The notes under the pieces were generated by a model, which did not search any database, had not been told where the DNA came from, and worked only from the letters and a program-made list of their open reading frames with translations. The position numbers and the translations under genes are program-made. 64,000 nt of DNA from the human T2T-CHM13v2.0 reference genome, Homo sapiens. The first letter of the stretch is position 1. Every line of letters begins with the position of its first letter. Location of the stretch: NCBI RefSeq assembly GCF_009914755.1, contig NC_060926.1; one strand, given 5' to 3'. Of the stretch, positions 49,025-64,000 are shown piece by piece.

Positions 49025-51464
49025 TAAATCTTATTAATATGTTTATTGAGATTATAAAATATAATAAGTTATATATATACAGAATTAGACAAAAATAATA
49101 TTGACAATTAAGACTTCACTGTCTAAGGGCCACAGACCTACCCTGGGGTGTTTTCTAAATGTTTTAAAGTATTGCAGAATTATGAATATCTCCACACAAA
49201 AATGGCAGGATGGAGTCCCAGCTTTGGTCAGTGAGAATTATTATGATCTCATTGTTCTGAATCCCATAACATAGGCTAAAGCTTGTCAGAGTAAATCCCA
49301 TGTTTCCAAATAAGTAAATGACAAGGGAATTTGTAACTATATAAGGAATAGCTCCCTAAAAATGGCAGGTGGAGAGCCAATGGAACATGAGCTGACACTG
49401 GCTGGCCTTACAGCCCCAGAATTCTAATAGTGTGAAATGAGGCCAAAGCACCAGGAGCAGAGAACAGCCACCCCACTCTTTCGCTGAAAACATTCTGAGG
49501 AGGGTGCAAGCTGTTATCCTGGAATGGCACACTCATCACAAGTGACATTTGCAGTCTAATTAAGGGGAGACTCACTCATCATCATCACAAGGCAGGGGGA
49601 AGGGGGCACCACAGGATTTCAAAGAGGAATTAAAAGGATAATTAAGCTCTGCCGTGGAGTATTTAGCTTGCAGGGTAAACCAAATAGGTTCGAAAAACAG
49701 CAGCAAACAGACACAGTAAATGATGATATTAAATATTCAGGACCTCATTATGATCCTCTCACAGTATGTACTACATTCGTTGGTGGGAAATTGCTTGTTG
49801 GTGTTAAAGATATGACTGATTTTCCCCCTAAAGCATTTTTTCAGTCATGCAACTTGTAATTTTTACGACCTCGCTTTATAAGTCAGAGACTTTGTTTTAA
49901 TGTAGTAATAAACACAGACCTGCCATCAGGGAGTTCAGCAGTGAACTCTAACCCCTGGTGTGATCACTAGCCTGGCTCCTGAGCTCTTGGCAGTTACAGG
50001 GATAGTACAATAATATGCCAAGAACAATGCCAGTTTATTAACTTTCTGCCTATAAATGTTATGTCAAACCATTGCAGTTATTGTGAAAATGCCAAGTCTG
50101 AGTTTTTCTGTTTTTATTCCCATTTAAATGGACAAACCACACTGTGTTGACTTCCATAGAGCACCTCAAAGGCCTGGCATTTCCTATAGCTCCACTTTCT
50201 TTTTGCTCACCTGAACCCTACCTGCCCCAATTATAGAATCACTAACTAACATCTCATTGGCAGACGAGAAACTGAGGCAGAGAGAGGAAAAGACAAGGCC
50301 CAAGGTGGCACAACTAGAAGCCAGCTCCCTCGACACCAAGCCCAGGCTCTCATTTGCGCTGCAGAACTCCACTTTCCCTGACTGGCTCAGAAGGCTGAGT
50401 CTGAAACTCTCATGCCATGAGGCTAATCCACAAGTCTTAGATGCTCTTGAAATCTAGAATTATGCGTGGCTGAACTCTTAGGAAGTCATCATTTCTCTAA
50501 TTACAGCTGACTACTCATACATGTTTGAAGTGAAAACACAGCCTGACACATTATAATTTAAATTGCTGTGTCCTTCAGCATTGCTGCCCCTAAAAGGTCA
50601 AATCTGCCTAAGACTGAAGTGGAAGGCCATTCACATGTAGTGCAGACCACAGGGTTCCCAGGCCAAAGAGTAATGCAGTAAATGAAATTGGCTACTGCAC
50701 ACATCCAATTGCTTGGACAAACACATGCCTTGCATATTGGTTTTGTATAGAGTGAGCTCTTCCATTATTGACTGGAAGGCCTGTAAGAATATGGATGACC
50801 TCAAGGATAGGTAAAAAGTTATCCTAATGAAACCACATAGGGTATTAACAGACTTGTACTAAACCTGAAATAATACCTGGAGCAGGGTGTCTGCATTTTG
50901 TTGCCATTTTATCAAAATGTTTGAGCTGCTTCTTCACTAGGATGCCATCCTTCATCATCCCAGTAGGGAGTCATCTCCCGCTTAGAACTTCTATTAACGT
51001 TTTCTAAGCGCCCCTTCATTCAGCTTGTTTGACGTCTTCCAGTGAAGTGGTTTGTAAACATACGTTCCTTCTGTCTTCTACTGGAGTGCAAACTCCTTAA
51101 AGACAGGGACCAGATTCTTCACTTCTGTCATTCCCACGGGGTTTGATTCATTTGAGTCCTCAACATTGTCTCATTGTTCAGTGAGTTAATGGTGGGCTGG
51201 TGGGCTGGCTGTATGAGTGAGTAGATATTTACTCTGCCTGGTGAGGTACAGGCGAGCATCTGAAAGTATCCCGGCTCTAGTCCTTTATCTTTGGTTAAAT
51301 TGGAAGACAGGCCTTATTTCGTCTGGCTCCTTGAACATCCTAAGGCATACGGTGACATATCACAAAAGCCTTGATTCTTGGCAGTCTTTTGGCACCACTC
51401 ACAGCTCCAGAGCCCTCGTTGGATCCTTGGCTTGTCCTGGGAGGACAGCCCACAGGCATGCTTT
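49025..51464 (-). other. EDAR: EDAR 3' UTR (contains a MIR remnant at about 50255-50350 and an L2 remnant at about 51050-51210)
   Basis: Mostly unique sequence between the stop codon and poly(A) signal; 3' end approximate. Confidence 0.78.
49042..49047 (-). terminator. EDAR: EDAR poly(A) signal AATAAA
   Basis: TTTATT on +, about 2.4 kb past the EDAR stop, consistent with the known long EDAR 3' UTR. Confidence 0.75.
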
Positions 51465-51809
<345 letters not shown>

Positions 51810-54224
51810 TTAGATGTTGCAAGTCACAGTCAATAGAAGGTCAACACTGAAAAATTATTTAAATGAAATAAAAATTATTTGAAAAAATTTTTTTTAAAAT
51901 TATAAAACATGCAGAAAGCCACCTAAAACAAATGCATAACTTAAGGCAAACGACACCTAGAACGCTGCCAGCCACAAGAGAGGGCTGTGCATGTACCCTG
52001 ACCCCGGTAATAGCCCCTTCCCCACTAGGAAAATGACTGCTATATTGACAATGATAATAATTCCCTCATGACCATTTTTAGCAGTTCTCAAAGACTTCAA
52101 GACAAGTTATCCTTAGTTGGGTAACCCTGTCTCCCATGGGGCTGGGCTGAGGAGGGGGTCAAAGGGACAGTGTCATGTCTCTTTAGGGAACAGTAGTCAA
52201 CTTTGTGATGGCTGCTCTCAATGATAGCCCCAGATTGGGGTTATCTGAACCAAGTCACTGCCAACTCAGTGGTCTGATGGTTCTTGGGCTTCATTGTACA
52301 TTAGACTCACCTAGGAGCATTTAAAAACTTGATATTGCTGTTTCTGGAAGATAAGAGTAGATATAATTTTCCCTAATCCTCCCACTAAGTACAGCTAAAA
52401 GCCCTGGACATTCTGTGTAAAACAAATACAAGAAGTCTGAAAAGTGGAGAAAAGAAGACAGACCAACTAGGGACCTCGATACCTTAGGATGGTGATGGTG
52501 GTAAGTTCCCTGGGTTTTCTTTTGCCTCATAAATTCCAGACATGGGGCAGAAAAGTCCAAAAATCCGGAAATAATAGCAACCACAGACAAAAACAGCCCC
52601 AACAAAAGTCTTCTGTCTCTAGTCAGAGCACTAGGAAAAGAGCAGCCTAGCAAGCATAAAACATTTAGACAATAATTGCTCTATTCCAGCCAAACATCAC
52701 AGAAAAACTGTGTCCCCACTCTATCCAGGGTAGCAAAGGCTGAGTGGGGAGCCTAGAATTCCACCCTCACCAGGCTGTAACACTGTGCCAGGTGGTGTCA
52801 GGAAAGGCCATGTAGGGAGCTGGGGCTTTCTCATCAACCAGCTGGTAACAACTCCCCTGCCCCCGTGGTGACCATGTCAGTAGCCATACTCCCAAACCCC
52901 AAGTAGCAGTAAAAAGGAATCCCCCTTGAGTGTTAGTGAAGGTTGAGTGGGGAATTTGGATGTCTACCTTCACCCAACAGTAGCAAGACAGCACCCTCAT
53001 TCTCCTGCCACAGAGCTATCAAAAGGAGCCAGCTAAAATAGAAGGCTTAAATAAGACCCAGAGTTTCATATCAGGACATAAAACTATACAGGTCTCAAAG
53101 TGAATTCACTCATCATACCAAGAACCAAGAAGATGTCAAATGAGTAAAAAAAGAAAATCAATAGATGCTAACACTGAGATGACAGATGTTAGATAATCTG
53201 AAAAAGGTTTTAAAGAATTCATAATAAAAGTGCTTCAACAAGCAATTATGAACATGCTTAAATGCAAAAATAGAAATCCTCAGGAAAAATAATAGAAAAT
53301 GTAAAAAAGAAATGAAAATATTAGAACTACAAAAGTACAATAACCACAATAAAAAGCTCAGTAGATGTGCTCAATGACAGAGTAAGACAGAGGAAAGAAT
53401 CAGTGAGATGGATAATGGAAACTAGAAGTGGAAATTACTCAATCAGAGAAAATAAACTGAAAAACACAGAGCCTTAGGGAACTGTGGAGTTATAACAGAA
53501 GAGCTAACATTTGTGTCAAGAAGTTTCAGAAGGAGAGGAGAAGAGAGTGGGACTAAATAAATACTCAAATAAATGATGGTTTAGAACTCTCCAAATTTGT
53601 AAAGAGACGTAAGTCTACAGATTCAAGAAGATAAGCAAATCCCAAACAGGATAAACCCAAATATATTCATGTCAAGATACATCATAAATGAACTTCTGAA
53701 AACTAAAGACAAAGTCTTAGAAACAGCCAAAGAAAAACAACGCCTGACCTAGAGAGGGAAAAGAATTAGAATGACAGTAGACTTATAATCAGAAACCTGG
53801 AGACCAGAGAGAAGTAGCACAGTATTTCCAAGTACTGAAAGAAAAGAACTTTCAACCCAGAGTTGCATACCAGGTTGCAGTGAGCTGAGTGAAAATATCC
53901 TTCAGGAAAGCATGAGAATATCAAGACATTCCAAGCCAAAGAAAAGTTAAGAATTTTTCACCAGCAGACCTATCCTAAAAGAAGCAAAAGGAAATTCTAT
54001 AAACAGAAAGGAAATAGTAAAAGAATGAAACTTGAGACATCAGAAAAGAACATAGTGAGCAAAAATATGGGCACATACAATAGACTTTCCTTCTCTTTTT
54101 AAGTTTTCTGAATTACATTAGGCAGTTGAAGCAATTTATGTGGTTCTAAATATATGTAGAGGAAATATTTACAACTACTGTAAACAGAGAAGGTAAAGGG
54201 ACATAGAGAAAGGTAAGGTTTTTA

Positions 54225-54651
<427 letters not shown>

Positions 54652-54818
54652 TCACTCAAAAAACACCAAAATCGAATTCTGAAATATGTTCAAGTGACCC
54701 ACAGTAAAGCAGGAATAAAAAAACACAGAAATGAAAAACAGAGACAACAAACAGTAAACAAAATATAAAATAGCAGACTTAAGCCCTAACAATGACTACA
54801 TTTAATGTAAATGGTTTA

Positions 54819-55209
<391 letters not shown>

Positions 55210-56381
55210 TTATATGCTGCCTAGAAGAAACTCACTTCAATATAATGAGAGAGGCGTTGGAAGTAAAGGATGGAAAAATACATATCATGCAAACTTCAAT
55301 AACAAGAAGGCAGAGTGGCTATAACATCAGTTAAAGTAGACTTCAGAGGAAAAAATTACCAGAAAGTGACATTTAATAATGATTAAAGGGTCAATCCAAG
55401 AAGACATAGCAATCCTAAATGAATATGCACCAAACAACAGAGCTCCAAAATATGTGAAACAAAAACTGATAGACCTGAAAGAAGAGATAAGTCCACAATT
55501 ATAGTTGAAGACTTTAACATTCCTCCCTCAGTAAATGATAGAACAATTAGAAAAAAAATCAAGAATATAGAACTTACCAACATCATCAACCAACACGATC
55601 TAATCAACATTTATAGAACACTCCATTCAACAACAGCAGAATACACATTGTTCATAATTATTGGCCTTAAACCTCAACAAATTAAAAGAATTGAAATTAT
55701 ACAAAGGATATTCCCCTACCACAATAGAATCAGAATATAAATATATAACAGAAAAATCTTCACACACTTCAAAACCAGACAACAGTCTTCTAAATAATCC
55801 ACAGGTCAAAGAGGAAGTCTCAAAGACAATTTAAAAATGAATGAAAATAAAAATACAAGATGTCAATATTTGTGAGACACAGCTAAAGTAGTACTGAGAG
55901 TGAAATTTATAGGACAGATACATACAAAGGAGGAAAACTCAAGTTAACAATCTAAGCTCCCATTTCAAGCACTTAGAAAAAGATTAACAAAATAAACCAA
56001 ATGTACATAGAAGGAAATAAGTAATTTAGAAATAAGAGCAGTAATCAATGAAATTGAAAACTATAAAGTAAAAGAGATCAATATGAAAAGAGACAGTTAT
56101 TTGAAAAGATCAATATAACTGACAAGGAAAAAATAGAGAAGACACAAATTACCAATATCAAGAATGAAGCAGGAGATATCACTATACACACCATAGATAT
56201 CAAACAGATAATAAGATAAAACTTGCAACTTTAACTCTACACATATAAATTTGATAACTTAGATGAAAATAAACAATTCCTCAAAAAACATAAACTATCA
56301 CAACTTACCCAATATAAAATAGATCATTTGAACAGACTTATAACTATTAAGGAAGCTGAATTTGTAACTGTAAAAATATCT

Positions 56382-56960
56382 AGCCAAACGCGGTGGCTCA
56401 CGCCTGTAATCCCAGCACTTTGGGAGGCCGAGGTGGGTATATTGCTTGAGGTCAGGAGTTCAAGACCAGTCTGGCCAAGATGGTGAAACCTCATTTCTAC
56501 TAAAATACAAAAATTAGGGCTGGGCATGGTGGCTCAAGCCTGTAATCCCAGCACTTTGGGAGGCCAAAGCAGGTGGATCACAAGGTCAGGAGTTCAAGAC
56601 CAGCCTGGCCAACATGGTGAAACCCCATATCTACTAAAAATACAAAAATTAGCTGGGCATGGTGGCATGCACATGTAATCCCAGCTACCCAGGAGGCTGA
56701 GAAAGGAGAATCGCTTAAACCTGGGAGGTGGAGGTTGCCAGCCTGGGACAGAGTGAGACTCCGTCTCAAAAAAAAAAAAAAAAAATTAGCTGGGCCATGG
56801 TGGCATGTGCCTATAATCCCAGCTACTTGGGAGGCTGAGGCAAGAGAATCACTTGAACTGGAGAGGCAGAGGTTGCAGTGAGCGAGGATTGTGCCACTGC
56901 ACTCCAGCCTGGGTGACATAGCGAGACTCCATCTCAAAAACAAAACAAAACAAAACAAAA
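56382..56960 (+). mobile_element. Nested Alus: Alu with right-arm deletion (about 56518-56785) inserted after the linker of another AluS
   Basis: Left arm, complete inner Alu, right arm; AAAAATTAG at both junctions. Confidence 0.87.
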
Positions 56961-59629
56961 AAACCTCCCCAAAAGAAATCTCTAGGTCCTCACGATTTCA
57001 CTGAAGAATTCTACAAAATGTTTAAGAAAGAATAGCAATTCTACACGATCTTTTCTAGACATAGAAAAGGAAGAAACACTTCCTAACTTATTCTATGAGG
57101 GTAGTATAAACTGGATACCAAAACCAGACAAAGACAAAAAACAAACCACAAACCAAAGACCAAGATCTCTCATGAATATAAATGCAAAATCCTTAACAAA
57201 ATATTAGCAAATAGAATGCAACCATAAAAAAGAATTGTACCACATCAGGTATGGCTTATTCCAGGGAGGCAAGGCTGGTTCAATATTTAAAAATTATTGT
57301 AATCCACTCAAAAAATTAATGTCAACAATTTATAAAAAGCCTAGAGCTAATATTATACTTAATGGTGAAAAATGGAATGCTTTTAAGATCAGAAATAAGG
57401 CAAGGATTTCTGCTTCTGCTTCATCATTTATATTCACTGTAGTGCTGGAAGGTATAGCCAGTGCAATAAAATGAGAAAAGGAAAGAAACGGTACACAGAT
57501 TGGAAAGGAAGAAATAAAACGGTCCCATTTGCAGATGTGATTATCTATGTAGAAAATCCCAAGGCATCTACAAGAAAACTCCCAGATCTTATAAGTGAAT
57601 TCAGCAAGGTCACAGGATACAGGATAAACATACAAAAATCAATTGTATTTCTATATAACTAACAATGAATGTATGGCTACTGAATTTAAATTGTCGTTTA
57701 CAGTGGCTCAAAAAATAAATGATATGGTGTAAATCTAACAAAATATGCACAGAACTTGTATTTCGGAAGCTACACAATGCAGATGAAAAAAAATTAAAGT
57801 TGTGCTAAATAAATGAAGAGATATACCATGCCCATGGCTCAGAAGACTCGACATAATAAAGATGTCAAATCTTCCCAGATTGATATACAGTTTTGTTGCA
57901 ACTCATTAAAATCCCAGCAAGGCATTTTGTACATATAGGGAAGATTATTATAAAACTTATATGGAAAGGCAAAGGAACTAGAATAGCTAAAACATTTTTG
58001 AAAAAAAAATAAAGGAAAATGGGAGCAGTCCATTTGATTTCAGGACTTATATGTTATTACATAATTTATACAAGAATCAAGACCTTGTGGTATTATCAGA
58101 GGGACAGACATGTAGATAAATGCAACAGAACAGCAACCCCAGAAAATAGACCTATACAAATATGCCAAACTGATTTTTGACAAAGTTTGAAAAGCAATTC
58201 AATGGAGGAAAGATAATTTTTCAAAAAAATGGTGCTGGAGCAATTGGACATCCATAGACAAAAAAATGAACTTTGACCCAAGTTTCATATCTTCTATAAA
58301 AATCAACTCAAACTTAAATGCAAAATATAAAACTATGTGAACTTAAATGTAAAACATAAAAACTATGTGGACTTAGAATGTAAAACATTAAGCTATAAAA
58401 CTTCTAGAAAAAATTGTGGGAGCAAATCTCTGGGATCTAGGACTAGGCAAGAGAGATCTTAGATTTGACACAAAAGCATCATCCATAAAAAGAAAACTTT
58501 ATAATTAGTTTCATAAATTTGACTCATAAAAATTTAAAACATCATTCTATGAAAGACCCTGTTAAGAGACTGAAAAGATAAGCTAAACTATAGAATGGAG
58601 AAAACATTTATAAAACCACATATCCATCATAGGACTAGTGTCTAGAATATATTTTTAAAAACCCTCAAAACTCAACAGCAAAAAAATCATACGATACCAT
58701 TGAAAAATGGGCAAAAGACATGAAGAAACATTCATTTTACTGAAGAGGACACACAGATGAAAAAAACACAAGAAAACATATTTAAACAATAGGAACATGC
58801 AAATTGAGACCACAATAAGATATCATAACACACTTCTCAGAATAGCTAAAACAAAACATAGTAACACCACCAAATGCTGGCAAGCATATGGAGAAACTAG
58901 ACCGTTCCCACACTGCTAGTAGGAATGTAAAATGGTACAATAACTTTAGAAAACGGTTTGGCAGTTTTTTAAAATAATCAACCATGCAACTATCATACAA
59001 CCCAACAAATGTACTCCTGGGTCTTTATCCCAGATAAATCACGACTGATGTCCACACAAAAACCTATACACAAATATTTATAGCACCTTTATTCATAATA
59101 GCCGTTAAGTGGAAATAACCCTGATGTCCTTCAACAAGTGAATGGTTAAACCAACTCTGGTCCATTTATGCCACAGACTACTACTCAGCAAGAGAGAGGA
59201 ATGGACTATTGATACATGCAACAACCTGGATGGACCTCCAGTGAATTATGCTGAGTGAAAAAAGCCATTCACCACGGTTACATACCTTGTGATTCCACTT
59301 TTATAACACTCTTGAAATGACAAAATTATAGGAATGGAGAACAGATTACTGGTTTCCAGGGGCCTAGGTGAGGGTGGGGTGGGTGGAAATTGGCTGTGGC
59401 TATAAAAGGCAACAGGAGGAGTTTTTGTATGGGAGCTGAGTCGATATCACTGTGTCAATATCAGTGTCCTGGTTGTGACTTCTGTGTATAGTTTTGCAAG
59501 ATGTTATCGTTAGGAGAAACTGGGTAAAGGGCATGTAGGATCTCTCTGTATTATCTCTTACCACTGCATGGTAAGAAGTATCTCAAAATAAAAAGTTTAA
59601 TTAAAGACAAAACAAAACAAAAAACAAAG

Positions 59630-59765
59630 AGACACAGATGCCTGGGATTCACCCCTGACTAATTACATCAGGGTGTTTGGGCAGATTGGGTGGGCTGGAT
59701 GGGCAGAGAGGGTGTTAAGACCTGCAGGTGACTCTAATGTTCATCAGAGCTGGGCATGGAGCACA
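59630..59765. mobile_element. MER5A-like fragment (other half at about 52295-52330)
   Basis: CAGATGCCTGGG..CACCCC..CAGGTGACTCTAATG; upstream half GTACATTAGACTCACCTAGGAGCATTTAAAAA lies on the other side of the L1. Confidence 0.55.
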
Positions 59766-60867
59766 GGTTCTCAGCCCTGGCTGAGGTTTGAAAACCTCTG
59801 TCCCAGGGGTGTGAACTCAACATTTTTTGGAACAGAGAAGAGCTTCCTGGTGGATGGAAGGTGAGTCCTAGACCATCCTCCCCTGGGCAGCTGACAGCCC
59901 CAGGCCATGCCAGGTGAGATCAGGCAGGCTGACCTGGGGCATGCGTTTATGGAGAGATGCCACATTTCAGCGGCAGCCAAGAATTCTTGGCCCTGGAACT
60001 CACCCACAGTATAGTTATTTCTGGCCAACAAAGCACTGGATCAGAAAGCCTGCCAGGGCACAGGGGGCTGCATTTGGCCTACGGTGGGGTGTGGGGGTGG
60101 GAGGAGGGGTAATGGGGGCATTGGTGAGCTGCCCAGCATGCACCAGGCTCCACTCCCGCTGCCCGGCCAGATCAAGGAGTCCACGGAGGGAGGCCAGCGA
60201 GTCCAGCAGCAGGAAAACCCCTGACCTCAGCCATGAGGGATTTATCTTTGGGGTTAATAAGAAGGTAATTTAGAAAGTGGATTTTGCAGGAACTGGAAGC
60301 TGAAGATTATGATTTCAGATTGCAGCACTGACGGTCCTATCCTGTTGCCTCTTAACCTGCCCACACTCAAGCCCAGGTTATGGGGAGACAGCCTGACTTA
60401 GCTCAGAAGGCCGCTGGGAGGGGAGGCTGGAGGCTCCCAGGGCTATCAGACATCGGGGATGCTCGAGGGCAGGGAGAGGGCAGCTAAGTCTAGGATAAAT
60501 GACTGATCACGTTTCCCAGATGATGATGCCAGTGTGGACACGGTCTCTGGGGACACGGGAGGTCTGAGGCTCCGTGGCTGCTGCTCACCGACCCTGCGTT
60601 TCCCTACAGTGGGTGCCTGCACCAGGCTGTCTCCCGCCCCATGAGGGGAAGGCCCATGGAAGCACTGGGAGATGCCTTCCGATATCTGGGAACAAGATTC
60701 TGTTTCCCCACACCTGAAATAGTTTCCAGCGGCCATTCTGACCAAAGTGCGGCAACTGGATGGGCGGCTTCCCTCAGTTCCCCTCACAGGAGCCTCAGGG
60801 CTCCGGGCCCAGCCCTTCATGTCAGTGGGGTGGGCACCACCTCTCCCAGGCTTTTTTTTCAGCTTAC

Positions 60868-60928
60868 CTTCCACGACTCCACACACGTTGGCATACACAT
60901 CGAGGATCTTTTTCCTCCGGCTTTGAAT
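60868..60928 (-). CDS. EDAR: EDAR exon 11, 61 nt, phase 0 to 1
   Basis: ttttcacag|ATTCAAAGC...GTGGAAG|gtaagc; encodes IQSRRKKILDVYANVCGVVE(G). Confidence 0.97.
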
Positions 60929-61924
60929 CTGTGAAAAAGAGTCGAGAATTTTCATCTCCAGAAAGGGGCAACAGTAGAAAGGAGGCAAATCCTCCATGTC
61001 AGCAGGGGCAGGCAGCAGCTACGCCCAACACCAGAGACGCTGCACACAGCCCCCGTGTCAGCAGCCCAGCCCTGACACACAGGGAGGAGGGCCTTCTTCA
61101 GGTTTTCCTATTCAAACATTTTTGGGGTCTACCACGGGTGCTTCTTAGGCTCAGCTGGGTGGTCAGACTCGTAAGATACTTGGGGACACCCCTGGCATCA
61201 GTCTGTTTGAAAAGATGACCATGGGGACCCCCACTTGCCCTCAGGACATCTGTGCTGCAGCAGAGCCGTGCGGGGCTCCCATCCCGGATCACGTGGCTGG
61301 TGCCAGGAGACCAGGCCCACGGTGCACAGCTGCTCAGTGGCCCTGGCTGAAGAGTCCCGGGGCCATGGCCACCTATCTCCCTTGTAACAACCCCACAGGC
61401 TTCCAGGGTCTCTGCAAGTGGCAGCCCCATTACAGAGGTCACTGAACTCGGGGCAGGCAGAGCTTGGCATCCTATCAGGACCAGGCTGGAGCCAGGATCC
61501 CAACTGGGCATTTTTGCCATCAGTGATGTTGCCTAGCAACACAGCTGTCCTGCGGCTGGGGCCTGCAGCCAGGGGCACAGGCTAGAGGGACGACCACAGG
61601 CCAGGTCCACAGGGAGCCCAAGAGGGCTCTGGCCACCTTTGCCCTCACCCCTGCCCTGCTCCTGGCCACAGCACATTACAGGGCGGTAGGTGATAAAACC
61701 CTGGGGACAGTTTCTACATGTGAACCTGTTTTTATATTTTTAAAAATGCATAGAAGAAAAACGTTGTGTGTGTGTGTGTCTAGAAAATTGTCTGGTTAGA
61801 TAAAACCCCGTATATTTACAAGGGTCTTTTTCTGCCCTCTGGCATTCCAAGTGATTTTACCTTTTTTCTCCTTGCTTATTATTTTTCGTTTTTGTGTATG
61901 AAGCTATATAATAAAAACAAAGTG

Positions 61925-62257
<333 letters not shown>

Positions 62258-62397
62258 CTATCTTGCTGTGAACTTGTCACTGTCCAGGTCTCCTATCTTG
62301 GACTTCTGGGAGAAACACCCCGTCTTGCAGGAGAGCTGATTCAATAAGAAAGTTTTAGTCTTGCGGCTGTGAGGGAGCCACATCTCACAGCTCATCA

Positions 62398-62937
<540 letters not shown>

Positions 62938-64000
62938 TTAATCCCAGTAAGCACCAAGTTCAACTGGTGTCTTCATGTTAAGCAAACAGATTGATGCGGC
63001 TGGCGCTGAATCCATGCTGGCTCTCTGGAGTCATTGAAAAGGGAGCTGAATGGAGCCTTGTGCCTGGAAAGCCCCCTCTTGACTAGGGGGGTGACCTGGC
63101 TGACCTGTGTGCATTGCAGGGGGTGGCACAGCAAGCCCCAGCGGGTGAGCTGGGTGGGCGGTCGGACCCACCAAGCCCAGGTTCATGCCGCCCTGTGGCT
63201 CACAGCCCACAAAGAACCCAGGGTCTGCCCTAGGCACATGTGGGTTGGAGCTTAAACTCTCTTAAAACCATTCCAAGTATATGAAAAACAATATTCTTTT
63301 TTAGAGGCATCCTGCTTGCTTCCTGTGGTTTGGCTGAAGACCTTTTTTTCTTAAAAAAAGGATTATATTTGTTAGTAACTAGGTTACAGCAGTGAAGCCC
63401 ATATGCAAACACAACCCTAGAGACAGGGTAATACAAAGACAATGAGAACCATCATGAAGCCCCAGTGGGACCCACTTCCTCATCAGGCTTCAGGGCCTCA
63501 CAAGGAGGTGGTAGGACCCATCCCTGTCCCCACTCGAGAGAAGGTGAGGTGGAGCAGGTGAGGTGGCACCCCAGGTCCTGTCTCTGAGACCTAAGGACAA
63601 ACAGCAGGGACAAAAGCTCAGTGCCTTGCTGTTTTTTAACGTACAAGTGTCAGGGTTCAATTTGTATTTAATATTCGTGTATGAAAGCAGTATATATTTT
63701 TTCCTAATAGGGCCTCCAAATTTTCCCTGTCTTCAACTGCAACTCAAGTCATGGGGCACGTCTCTGCCTTTTTGATTTCTGGGAATAAGAAAAGCCTGAA
63801 TATCAGAAGGGAGAGGCTGAGACAGAATGAGATAAGGCTGGGCTGGAGGCTGAGGAGCAAATTCAGTCTCTAGGGAGGCCCTATTTAAGAGTTCCATGCA
63901 GGGTGACCAGGTCCTGCCCTTGGTCCTGGGAGCAGCAGCTTGGATCTGGCACACAGGATCTCCACACAGATGCTGGATCGATTGGAATGGCTTTGCAAGG

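Noticed and set aside
60446-60997. 183-aa ORF as a whole gene
   Set aside because: Only 60868-60928 is EDAR exon 11; the rest is stop-free intronic flank.

Overview
Human (primate) genomic DNA, recognisable as the chr2q12-q13 CCDC138/EDAR interval. The last four coding exons of CCDC138 lie on the + strand (1337-30815) and converge on the last three exons of EDAR on the - strand (exons 10-12, including the death domain, plus a ~2.4 kb 3' UTR). All seven exons were resolved to GT/AG boundaries with consistent reading phases. Between the genes sit an RPL39 processed pseudogene with target-site duplications, an internally inverted Tigger1 fossil, a near-full-length old L1 and an ERV1 LTR. The rest is mostly Alu, L1, MaLR, MIR and hAT repeats. 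The EDAR copy carries the ancestral Val370 allele. I found no convincing new biological system. The best leads are local: candidate distal and alternative CCDC138 exons, an Alu-bracketed circRNA configuration, a tiny young L1 inside a hairpin-plus-triplication scar, a microhomology-mediated Tigger1 inversion and a 52-bp perfect AT palindrome. Repeat subfamily names come from recalled consensus sequences and were not checked with RepeatMasker, and most repeat boundaries are approximate.
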